A stretch of DNA of 59,849 bases, filler included. It is 4 parts of 4 records of this genome, joined end to end, with 100 filler letters (N's around TTAATTAATTAA, not from the genome) between each part and the next. Parts side by side here need not be neighbours in the genome. Positions count along the whole stretch, not along the records: positions 22,008 to 51,559 come from DRR378314_668; 3 more parts are not named here. The stretch is one strand, 5' to 3'. Below are positions 31,843 through 43,468 of the stretch, one piece after another. The position numbers and the translations under genes were made by a program. Every line of letters starts with the position of its first letter. Position 1 is the first letter of the stretch. The notes beneath the pieces are model-generated. The model saw only the letters and a list, made by a program, of their open reading frames with translations. It did no database searches and was not told where the DNA came from.

Positions 31843-32714
31843 GGAGCGGGCGTGCCTCGGAGGCTCGGCACTCCGGCACATGTTCCGTTAGCAAACAGGG
31901 CGCCAAGTACGAGCGCTTGGAATAGGACGCAATCTAACCCACGCTACAATCAATCCTTGAATCAACTTGTTGAGATAGTATGATGCCAGCGAAAAGAGGG
32001 GTGGGACGCAGCCAGCGCCCTGAAGGGCAAGAGGCGCGCTGCAGCTGTGTAGCTCCCTGAAACTAGCTGGTTGACGCGCGGTTCCAGCCTTTTCTCCCCC
32101 CTCTTGCACGCGACTGACACTATTCAAGTACCTGAGCGCTATGCAACTGCCCCCGCGCGCGGGGAGAGCCAGCTCCCCATCCGACCCTATCCCAACGCCT
32201 CGTGCAAGAAGGCTCAGGTGACCAGGTATGCCCTTGGGTAGACGCTCAGCACAACCTCGCCGGCACGCACAACCTCTGCTGCAGGTCAGCGCACACGCTT
32301 GTGCTCGACCACCTAACGCTCCTGCATTGACGCTAAAAATTCTTGCCCATGCGCTTCTGTAATGCTAAACTCGTCAATCGATTTTCGCATCAGTTTGCAA
32401 TGACCATAAGCTCTCCCGAGAAGCAAGCGTCCGGCGTGCGCCTGGCTGAACGCACGCAGTGCACACAACGGGGTACGTGCGCAACGAAGCCAGCTCAGCG
32501 ACACAGACGGCAACACCTCGTGCAGTCTACGCTCAGACTTGGGCGCGCCGCCCTGGCGTGGAGCGTGCGGGGCCGAAACCTCCGACCCGACTGTGCTAGC
32601 TTTGGGGCGTCGCTCCCTCCTCGCTACGTCGCGCGCACCACGCCCGCCGCACTAACTGTAACGTAGAGGAAGTTATATTCCCTCCATATATAAATGCATC
32701 TGTTTGTCCAAACA

Positions 32715-35700
32715 TCAACTGAGGTAGCGGTGTAGAGGAAGGGATCGACGCGAAGCCCGTGCGCAAAGCGCCGCACGTGCGCCGCGGTCTTCGGCTGCCA
32801 ACTGCCGCTCGACACCAAGCTCGACACTCCCCACCGCTCTGGCCTTGTCTTGCGTGATCGCCCCACTCAATGGGCCTGAGAAGTACAAGAAAATGGTAAT
32901 CACCAAGTATCTCTCGTGACTGTGAAAGAGAGGTTGAAGAGGTCGCTGCGCGTTCACTCAGTAACCCTCCCCCAGGCGAGGCGATCCGCGTCGGAACTGC
33001 ATCCTTGCTTCGAGCAAGCAAGTGCCAGATCGAGGCAACGTAAGCGCTCGGTGTGGTGGGAGACAAGCACTAGCACCTAGCCAAACCGGGCGCTTGTTGC
33101 GCGCACCGTCTCTCATCTCTTCTCCCATCTCATCTCGCCCGTGCCCCAAAGAAAATCGCCGTCGCCATACTGTTGGTCATCTCATAGAGACGCTGTGAAT
33201 ATATTGGGCCATAAGCCCCGAGTGCTGCAGCGTGCGCGCCGTAACAGCGTGCTCCCTTGGCATTCTCGCCATCACGTCGAACGTCGGCAGCCACGAGCAT
33301 GCTCGCGTACGCAGACCTATGCCTAACCCTAAATGAGAAATGCAGGGCCGCGACTCGCCCTGCCTTGAACGGCACCAACGCAGTCGTGCACCCTTTGCAG
33401 CGCCAGGAAAGCGACCAGCGTGTCTTTTGCACGTCCTAAATCTTCTTTTCTTACGCTTGACCATGAATTAATGCTTCGCCAAATAGGAAAGGCAATATCG
33501 CTGTGTACTGCACCAGACTGCTGCATACGACGCGCCCACGCCTGCCGGAGAGAAGCGTGAGCACCTGCCTGAACTCCCTACAGTGTTTTTCGAGGGAGTT
33601 CAGCGAAAGCACAGCCACAGGAAAGTTTCCCCCTGCTCCCACACACGCAACGCAGCAGCAGCAGCCATGAACAACAAAGATTTCTTCACGTCCTTGGAGT
33701 CTATCTACGAGCGGCTTGAAGAAAGCGAGTGCTTTTGTGGAGGAACAATTCAGCTCGAGCTCGGCGACCGTCGCATGTCCGCCAAAGCACGCAAACCACG
33801 CACTGCGCGCAACCCTTCCGGTATGACTACAGCGGCACAGCCGCTCGGTCATCGCAGTAATGATACAAATTGTGCTGAAATTACGATCCTGTGATGGATT
33901 TAGGCCAGCGTCAGACACAAAGTGCCAACCGGGCGGATATCTGGTACAGAGAAGCAGCTCTGTGAGACGGCCCTCTGCGCCAGTAGCAGCTCGCACTGGA
34001 GCACACCGCTGGCTGACGGGTACGTACTGATACTTCTGCACCCATGTTGCCCAATACACAGCGGAGCACTCCCCATCAACAGAACAACAAGCATGGCGTC
34101 TACGTAAGGACACGTTGCAGTGGAAGTCGGAGCCGAACCGGATATCGTGTGGGCGCGACACACCAACCTCTGCCGCGAAGCGCTTGGCGCCACGCAGAGC
34201 GCTGGCAAACGGAAGCAGCAGCAGGCGGCACGCGGAAGACAGAATGTACGCAGATCGCCCTGTATCTGAAAAGGTAAGCCATACACGGCGCCATTTGCAA
34301 CACGATTATATGCCTCTTGTGCTCAAACAAACGTAGCACGAGATCCATGGCGTGTATCTTCCACATGGATGTGCGAACCGCTGACCTTTCGCAGCGGGGG
34401 CCGGAGAGTAGCACGAGTATCCAGGGTCAAGGACTTTGCACTTTCCATCCGGTCTCATCATACGACATTCGCAAACTTTATCGCATCCATTCACAATGTG
34501 TAAAGTACATTACTCGCTCTAATGAAATGCCAAGGCAAGCTGTCTTCCCATGACCTCTGCAGCAAATCAACCAACCCATGGGAGAAAACCGGGGCAGCAC
34601 TGGGAGCGGTACGCGATCGCAGCGCCTCGCCGTCCCCGCAAAGGCGAAACGGTGATCCCGCGCCAAAAGGGCTCCGACCTTTTAATCACAGCAGCACGGG
34701 TCTCCTTGCAAACATCAATCTCATCACTCCATACCATACAAAAGTCGAACACTGACATATTTTCTTGGTTACAATGACTTTCAGATCACGAGTCGCCGTC
34801 CCTGTCTGACAGAGGAGGATACGACGAACCCGACCAGCGCAGTATGAACGTGCTGTACAGCCGAAAGAAGCCCTCGTCCAAGGTGCGGCTGCCACAGAAA
34901 GCAACATGCTCCGTCTCCTGCTCGAAAAATTTCACCATGTCCGGTATTGCAAACAATCAATGCTCTATTTTATAGTAACAGCAGTCGCATCGGAAATAAC
35001 ACACTGCGTGTCTGCTCTGTAAGCGAGAACTGCAGCGCCAAGAGGTCCCCGATACCGGTTGCGAGTGCGGCGGCATCCACCCACCCGATGAGAAGGAGAG
35101 AAAGAAAACGTCGCACACTTCCGCCTTCAAAACCAAGTCAGCGCACCATACAATGTGCATATCATGTAATAGCGGCGGTCTCACTGCCTATTGCGTACCA
35201 CCAACGTAACATTCGTGCAAGCCAGGCCTTGGCAACACAAACGGTTTTCGCAATCGAGAAGCGCCTGCGAACAGTGACGAGCCAGCTAGTAGGTGCGTCC
35301 TCCAACTATTAAGGGAAAACCCGTTCGCCACCTTCGCCCTCCCCCTCTTCGCGCTGCTGCTGTTACAATAATGCAGCGGGTAAGACTGTATTCAAGATTC
35401 CGATGTAAGCAAGGCGTGTTGAGCACCTAATATTCGCTGGATGCCGCCTGTCCTCGTCCGAGTGCCGAGCGGCCACGTTCGCTCGCTAGTGACAAACTCG
35501 TCTGTAAATGCCTGTTCCCGCATCATGCGCATGCAACTTCTCTGAGAATATTTCCACTTGTATTTGTATTCAACTCTTTATATCGTGCAATACGACAAGG
35601 AGCCCCGCAGTGGTGCGGGCACCGTGCCACCCTTCCGCCAGAAGAAGCTTGCAGAGACACGCGAGCGCTTACCAGCATAGCTTCCGCTGCCCACTGGCAG

Positions 35701-38700
35701 TCCTTGTTGCAAGGAGAACAAGACGGTTATGGATTGATCGACTTTTTCCGCATACATAGAATTAAACTAGAAATGGATAACTCCTTCCTTCGATTGCCGT
35801 TGCGGACGCGTGAGCAAGCGGTAGTCCGCGAGAGTGGGATGCGTCTCGTCGCGCGCAAGTTCGTGGGTGTGGACTCTGCGTCCGGCACACAGCTCATGGG
35901 ATATAGCCTCTCCGTTCTAGACGCATTTTATCCGTGTAGACTCTACGTTTGGCAATGATAATAATAATCATAGGTGCAGATGTTCTGTCCTCGACACAGT
36001 TCATTGGTGCAGACTCTGCATTTGGCGCAAAGTTCACGGGGTGTAGACTCTGCGCCTTGGAGCACTTTGCGCAGTGCACTGCTGCACGCTGGCAGGCGCG
36101 ATCTCCACCGCAACGTACCTGTCTGGAGTGCATACAGACGCTTGCTCGTCTTGTAGGCGTTTCTGTATTGACAAGTATCTCTTGCGTTGTCTAAAGAAAC
36201 TCGCGTAGCAAATTGCGTATGCATACGCAGAGTCTGCCTCCGCCTTCCTTCCCACTGCACGCAAGGCAGACCTCGGTGCAGGACGCAAGGTTTCTTCACG
36301 CGGTGCATCGTGGCCGTGAAACATCGCAGCGCAGCACAATCGACTGGCAAACACTCGTAACGACTCGTCACTCTCATTGGTTTACGATCAAATGCAAATA
36401 ATTTCGATCAGCTGACAAATCGCGGTGCCCGCGTTCTCGTTCCCCGCCCTTAGAAGCATGTGTGCTTCTCCGGGAGGGACTTGCTTGCTGCAGGCCCCGC
36501 AAACGAGTTGACACAAGCTCTTTCAGGTGCGCGCAATGAGACAAAGCAAAGCGAGCTGAGTAGTAAGCTCTTCGTAAGAAGATGTCAACCCCGTCGTAAG
36601 TGTCGGCAACCTTGTGAAATACTTCTCGTATGCCCGCGATCGCGGATTCCAATCAGTCACCGCGACGAGCACGCAGCTGAACACAGCCATCCCGGCAACC
36701 GGCGCCAGACACGCGGGGCAGAGGAGTTATCATCGCCTAAACCAAACCTCTCGCGCAGCGTTCCAATCGAGGTTATTCGAATGCGCGCTTTATCTATGCA
36801 AACGTAGAATCCAGAGGCCTTTCCATGTAGAGTATTACTGACAAGGTGACGACCATCGTCCGCAATACTGGCCCTTGGGAGTCTGCACTGTCACCATCTT
36901 GTCCAAAACTGCATGCGAGCATTGAATTTATACACAGCGTACTGGCTTTCGCATGTTCCTTTTTCTAGGAATAGAATTCCTGTCAGAGAGGTTCAAGCGC
37001 CATATTTGCTCAACAATTGCACATCACGCGGGTTCCATGCCCTGTGCAGCGTGCCGAGGCGACGGGAGCGCCTGCCTGCACCTCTCGCTCCTTGCGACGG
37101 TCCACTTGGTACTTTTGCTTGCTCTTTTGCGTGCGCTCACACCTGCACACGCGCGACTCGTACCAAAACGTTTACCAGGTCACACCAGCGCCGACACGGG
37201 GTCTCAGTCCCAGTACAGGCAGCGTACGTATCGTTTCGAACTCTCGCTCCACAGGCAAGCCCCAGGCGGCTGGGTGCTCTGCGCGACGGCCTCGTCGCAC
37301 TTGGGGACGCAATCAAGATCGCTTCGCAAGAACACAGCCGAGTAGACGCCCTTGTCCGTGACCGAAGTATTCGTGCGTAGTATGGGTATTGCTGACATGA
37401 TCGCACAATGTGCTGGATGGACGTAGGAACCAATACAGAGAGGCTGCTGCATTACGGTTTTCTGCAGAAACGCGTGCGCTTGCAAGCCTCGGTCACACCG
37501 CTCCCTTGAGCTCATGACAGCTCCAGGTCTTACTCTATAGATTGGCGCGAACGAGGGCATGCATGTTTCAGCACACGTAGTTTCATGACGTGTCGGAAGC
37601 GAACGTAAGCGTTAACAAAGCATGGTTTTATCATTGCATGTACTCCGTGTTGCTGGAGGCGGACACGATTCCTACAGCGTAAAAAGCGGGCCTCGCTGCC
37701 TGCGCGGCACGTGCTGGGGAGAAAGCGGGAGCACCCATTCCTTTCTTAGCAGCAGGAACTATGGGGCCGCCGCGTCATTCCTTCCACGCGGTCCAGCGGC
37801 GATCCGTAGAGGGAAGATGCGACTACGGGCATCATGGACTGATGAATACTTTCTACCTGCACAACCATTTGCATTTTCGTCGCAATATGGTGGAGCGAAC
37901 TGTGCGTGTGCAGAGGGCTGGTATCATTCGTCGTCATTTCTTTATGCCACACCATGGCTACTCCATAGCAGCCCGGCCGCGGATCTGCAGCAGGCAGACA
38001 CGGCGTGTATTGCAAGCGTATCATTTCGTACTCCAGCTGTACGCTTTCCGCGCGCAATGCACCTGCGCTGCTCGAAAACGAATCAGATATAAAACACATG
38101 TGCCACGCAAAATACAACAGATAGGAGAGCGGGAAAAAACAGAGTAGCGTACGCAACCGGAGTCCTCCCAGTGGTCGAGCAGGGAACTTGCATATGAGCG
38201 GGGGGTGCAGCGAGCGCGCACGGCTCCACGACGGCAAACTCCCGCATTGTCCCATCTAGCGCTTCCGCATCTCCGCCAGTCTCTACAAATACAAGTGGCT
38301 CGGGAATTTGAACACTCGTCGAGTAATGTCCGTTTCTCTCGCTTGGCATATGATATCTTGCATGAAGCGGAATGGATACGGACAACCGCCAATACGTGTC
38401 TGTACCAGGGCCGCCATGGTCGTCCTCTCGCCTGTGGCGAGTGCGGGATCCGCCAGAAGGGATTCCTTCCCATCGCGTCACACGCGCATGTACAACTGCC
38501 TCGCTTGCACTGAGAGAAGAAGAGGGAGACTCGAGATCAACATTGGTTCCCCAAAAAACCGAAGCTGTCGTATTGTACTGCCTCTGCGACACGGTCATGC
38601 GTCCTTCATTCGCCAGCGCGCTCAGCTCGTAAGGAGACGCGTACGCCTGCGATGAACACGCACAAATACATCAAAACGCAACGCATAACCCACCAAACGC

Positions 38701-39028
38701 CGTTCGTAGTTACACTCACGAGTCACCAAACTCCGAGACCATCTCATTCCCAGCAGCCATCGGAATACTCAAACACCAGTTTCGGTAGCGAAAGCGCGAC
38801 GGAAACGCTCGCAAAGTCGCGCGAACGCACACTCGGAAAAGAGAAAGACCTCAACACGGTTAAGAGTAGGGGTTGGAATACAATCGGCTCACTACGCGCG
38901 TGCGCGCGACAAGTTTGCTGCCGAAGACTGCCACTTGCAGCAATCGTCCAAGCACCACGACCCTTGGGGCCAAGTATCGCAACAGTCGTTCGACAGAGAG
39001 TGCTCACGTACGAAAACCCACGGTGCAT
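32715..39028 (-). pseudogene. Possible decayed multi-exon MFS (TetA/HIAT1-like) transporter gene; limits approximate
   Basis: Collinear fragments in different frames: LPKLVFEY (~38770), ASVFWG (~38550), CDAMGRNP (motif A-like, ~38470), DIAFPIWRSINS..GAVQG (~33490-33365) and GAYGPIYSQRLY (~33200). No clean spliced frame was found. Confidence 0.35.
35852..36060 (+). repeat. Degenerate tandem minisatellite, about six copies of a ~33-bp unit
   Basis: Units such as AGTTCGTGGGTGTGGACTCTGCGTCCGG, AGTTCATTGGTGCAGACTCTGCATTTGG, AGTTCACGGGGTGTAGACTCTGCGCCTTGG and ..CGTGTAGACTCTACGTTTGG. Confidence 0.65.
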
Positions 39029-41738
39029 ATCGCGGATCCTGGAGGCCCAAAACCTTACAGACAGCCCTGATATGTCGGTTGAATGCAGCGCCGAGACCCT
39101 GCCTCTGCGCTAAGCGCATGCACCTCGCGCTGTGTGCTGCGGAAGCCACAGCGAACGCTCTCGCTCCACGTTGTGGGCAGCCGACGTGCTGCAACATACC
39201 TCGCGTGGCACAGCTGCATATACGTGATAAGCTTCGGCTTGAAACGTCGAATCCTTTGCGTGAATACCCTTTTTTTCACCAGCAGGGGCAGAAGAGGGAA
39301 CAAATCGAAGGGACGCACGGCAAACCAGAGAATACTGTTTTCTTTTTGTAACATAAAACAGGGAGCCAGCGCCCGGTATTTCCTTGCCAGCGCACCGGTG
39401 CGTTGTTGACGATATGCGATCGCGAGAATCAAAGCGCTGGGGTTCATACAAACCTGCCAACAAACACTGAGCACGCGACTTTATCACAGGAGAAAAGACT
39501 CTCTGAGTAATCATCGCCAAACTTTCACGTCCTGACGGCCTCGTATGCGTACACAAACTACGAGATTTAGCGTTTTACAAAAAAATAAAAGGCCCGGAAG
39601 GATGGAGAACACCTCAGGTATGGAGGCGCAGGTTCAAAGAAGAAAATCTTACTCTCGTAACAGGCATTCTCATCCAGGTATACGCAAGAAAGAGAAGATG
39701 ATAATTTTGTATTCGGGCAACAATCCCCAGCGATATACTTCTCGTGCGGTAGGTACTGGCTCATGCGCGCATTGCCAAGAGTCACTGGCAAACCCGCATC
39801 AACTAAGAGTACATTAGCAAACGCATGTGCGGCAGGATGGGCAACCGGCACGATGCAGAAGCACCAGTGCATAGAGGCGCGGCCGGTCTCATAAGCTCTC
39901 AGATCAACGGACCAAGCTGGCAAGAATAACGTGTTCCTTGCATACTGACCCCCCCCCCCACGTACATAGTGTCACGCTATCACATAGAACACGTGCTCCA
40001 TGCGCAAACCAGACGCGGAATGGTGCACGCTGCAAGATCGGCGCGGCTCCGCAACGTACCACACGCAACTCGTAGTGCAGGCCTGCTCCAGACAGCGTTG
40101 CTTTCGCACACAGTTTCTTGGAGCGGCGAATGCCAGCCAGCTCTCGCATCCGAGCATCACTCTGCGTAGAAATCCAACCCAAACGCTACATTTGTCAGCA
40201 AAACAAACTCCAATCTCTTGGACAAGCAACCTCCTAACTTGGAAGAACTATAACGCATTGAGTCTCGCGCTCCGGAAGCAACACGTGCGTGAACAGCCTA
40301 GCCAAGGAGTCGCACGAACCATCGTCGCACTCACCTCCGCGATCACAAGCGCCCGAGCATCTGGACATATCTTCAGCGCACATGGTATGGCGAGGGGTAA
40401 AAAAGCAGGAATCCAGACAAGGGTACACTCATGTCAGCACGCATGTTCACAGCGTCACTCACTGGCGCCGGTACACCAAGATCGCGAAAAGCTCCGCTTC
40501 CCGCCAGGGACTGCGCCTGCGTTTGCGTGGACACCCGTTATCGGCGGTAGCTTAGGAACTCTCTCCTAAGCTTCTAAACTCACGCTAGCATCGTACGAAG
40601 ACAAAGAAAAAACTAGTTCGATCAAGAAATTGGCAAGAAAGGGACAACATGAGCACAAAAGGCAGCAGCGGTCGGCGTTCGAAACCACACCAGCGCAGCA
40701 GGAGACGCTCGTCGCCCGCGGCTTGGCCGCAGCGGAGGAACAGTGCCCGAGCAAGCCTCTATCCTCCTTGTATCCCACATGCCGATAGAAAACTACAAGT
40801 CTTTGTCCCCAACGCAAGTCAGCCCATCGGTTTTCCTCACTGTGGGGAAATCAGCAAACGGCCAGCGTCTCCGCTCCGCACCGCCGACGTACCTCTTGCA
40901 AGCTCGCAACAACAACAGCGCCCTCGCCGCTGTTCAAGTACGCGAAGCGAAGCACGCCCCAAAGCAACGCACAAGCACGTCAATCCACCTGCCCAGGGCT
41001 CCCCCCTTTCACAAACAAAGCTTCACTAATGTACATCAAGTGATTGAAATTGCGATGCAGTGGCACACATGCCGCGCGTACAGCACGGCAATGCAGAGCG
41101 TGGCACTTGTTCCACTGTGCCACGCACAGTCACATACCGCACAGACGAGAGGTCCTTCTCCTGCACACAGATGAGCTTGGACAAGTGGGCACTGCTCCGC
41201 ACGATATTCACAGTGAGCAGCAGCGCGCAGACGAATGCACACATGCGCATAGTGCGTATCAGCATCGAGTCAATACCAGTCGCGAAAGAAAACTGCCGCC
41301 ACTGGTCATGCCGACTGCTGACGATGCTTGAACAAGGGCGCTATGTTGCTAGTGGCCAAACAGGCTTCGCACTGCGCCTCGCGCGCGCGAGCCCACACAG
41401 CAAGCGATGCACAAGTAGCACGTGCGCTCTATCCACGATCCTAACGCGTCAGCATAGCAAACGAGAAAGTACGCTGCGTTATAGTGCAGGACGAGCCCCC
41501 TCCCTGCTTTTTTCAGTTGGGGAGCAAAACGAATGCCTATTCACGTGCACACAGCCACAGCGTTGCAGTGACCTGCTTCCGTACTGGACGTAGCACAGCA
41601 GGAACTCGATCGCAACAACACCCGGATATGTGTACATTGTTATGTTCAGGGAAAACGGGAACAGAGCACGATGCAGAGGCCGAGCTCCGCCAGACGGCCC
41701 GCGGCCTGCCTCTCCTTCCTCGCGGCTGCACTAGCGCC

Positions 41739-43400
41739 ATGGGCGCTGTAGAAGTGGTCGCTGCAGCTCTTGTCGCATTCTCGCCTGCTGTAGCAGTATT
41801 CTGGACATTTGTACGACCGCAGGCGCACCTTGTTGTCGTTGCGCTCACGTGGTATGATCGTCGCACTTTGGTGAAGCGGCTCGTTCTCGCTGACGTGACA
41901 GCAGGAGCTGCCGCGCTGTCGCTCTTCAGCCAGCTCTGCGATCTTCTCAGTAACCAAGTTTCGCGATGAATTGGCGGCACTATTCTGAAAAAATTTCATA
42001 CATATCTATCTCATGTAACACATACGTATAGGGATACGCTTTTCTACAGCGCGAATGATACTCTGCAGTGCGCGAGCCTGTTCATCTGGTAGTATTCTCC
42101 TTTCTCTGCCTGCTTCCTTCAAGCGCGCCGCCCTGTCTCTAAAGGGCCCTCGCCTTGTGCGCTCGCTCTTGTCTGCAGCGCATTCTCGTGGACGATCTCA
42201 TTCATTATATCAGCCCTGTTTTGGGATGCGTTTGGTGCCGGGACCGGAACGGGCGCGACACTGGGCGTAATTGTGGTGTCCGCACTCGTGCAAGAGGCCG
42301 CCCGTTCAGGCACAACAAGGTCGCTCAGGTTCATGCAGCAGAGATTCGGGCGCCTGTACGTTTTCCTGCCTCGCCTCCGCCTCTCGCTGGCCATGTTGCA
42401 GCCGGAATCGCCATATTCGTCTCACCAGTGCATAGGTTTTGCTTGCTAAAGGCGTATCCGGCCGTGCAGCGTCCAGCGTAGAGTTTTGGCTCAAACGTAG
42501 CGTATTGGCACGCCTCGTTGCTGCGCCGTTGCAGGATCGGACAGCAGGGCGCGCTTGGTCTCCAGTACGCGGTTGCAAGTGGGCTTGGCTACGGAGCTGC
42601 GTTTCTGCTTCTTTCGTTCGGTGGTGCTGTGATAGAGGTATGTACACGCATAAGCGATGCATATTTAAGTAGTAATGCGATGCTGGGTGTGGTCCGCCTG
42701 ACGTGCTTTCCCCCCGGGGCGTTCGAGCACGCTTCCGTGGCGACAGCGTCACCGCCTCCTAACCGAGCAGCTTGGTACGTGCAACTTTGTCCCCACAGGC
42801 CGCTGGCCCGGCGACGCTTCCTTCTCCTTCCTGCCCCGGTGTTTCGCTGTTCATTGCAAATGGTAAGTTGCATTATACACTGCTCAGGCAGCGTTTGCGC
42901 CTTCCTGAGGACTGTACCATGCAATTTCGCTCAGTTCGAGCATGACTCATGTTGCTTGTTCCCCGATTGCGCTGGCGCTCCGTTGCAGCCTTTTTCGCAC
43001 ACGCCATGTTTCTCATCCACATGGTACTTTCCGTCATCAATTTCGAGGCGACCGTTTCAAATCGGCCATCGATGCTGGTGGGATGCGTCTTGGCGCACAT
43101 TGCGGCATCATCACTGGTGCGTGCTTTTGCCCGCGCATGGATGCGCGTCGTGCCTCGGGGAGGTGCACGCTGTGGCATAGCGTTCGAGCTGCCGCAGCGC
43201 GTCCATGCGAGACGAGCCACACACGGTGGCCGTTGCCATCGCATGCAATCGTGCTCAACTTGCGTGCTGAAATCGTCGTGCAAACGGTGCAGGCACTCTT
43301 AGGACAAGCGCGCGGTGGGTGCGGATGGAGCGTCGCGATACTCTTTGCCGTCGCGTACGGCTCGGTATATGCGTTTATTGCGAAACGAAAGCGGCAGTAG
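41739..43400 (+). CDS. APH1: Gamma-secretase subunit APH-1, multi-exon
   Basis: ALVAFSPA..F, AFSWTISFIISALFW, SALVQEAAR, AVASGLGYG (GxxxG), and conserved His residues in FLIHMVL..F and LAHIAASSL. GT..AG introns; stop at 43400. Confidence 0.85.
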
Positions 43401-43468
43401 ACATCCGCGCGAGCTGCGCGAACCACGGACTTCATCATGCGGCATGCTGTACCATACATGTAAGCTCC

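Noticed and set aside
33322-33333. CCTAACCCTAAA telomere-like motif
   Set aside because: About two units only, which is expected by chance.
35852-36060. CRISPR array
   Set aside because: The units are contiguous and degenerate, with no unique spacers, no cas genes, and a eukaryotic context.
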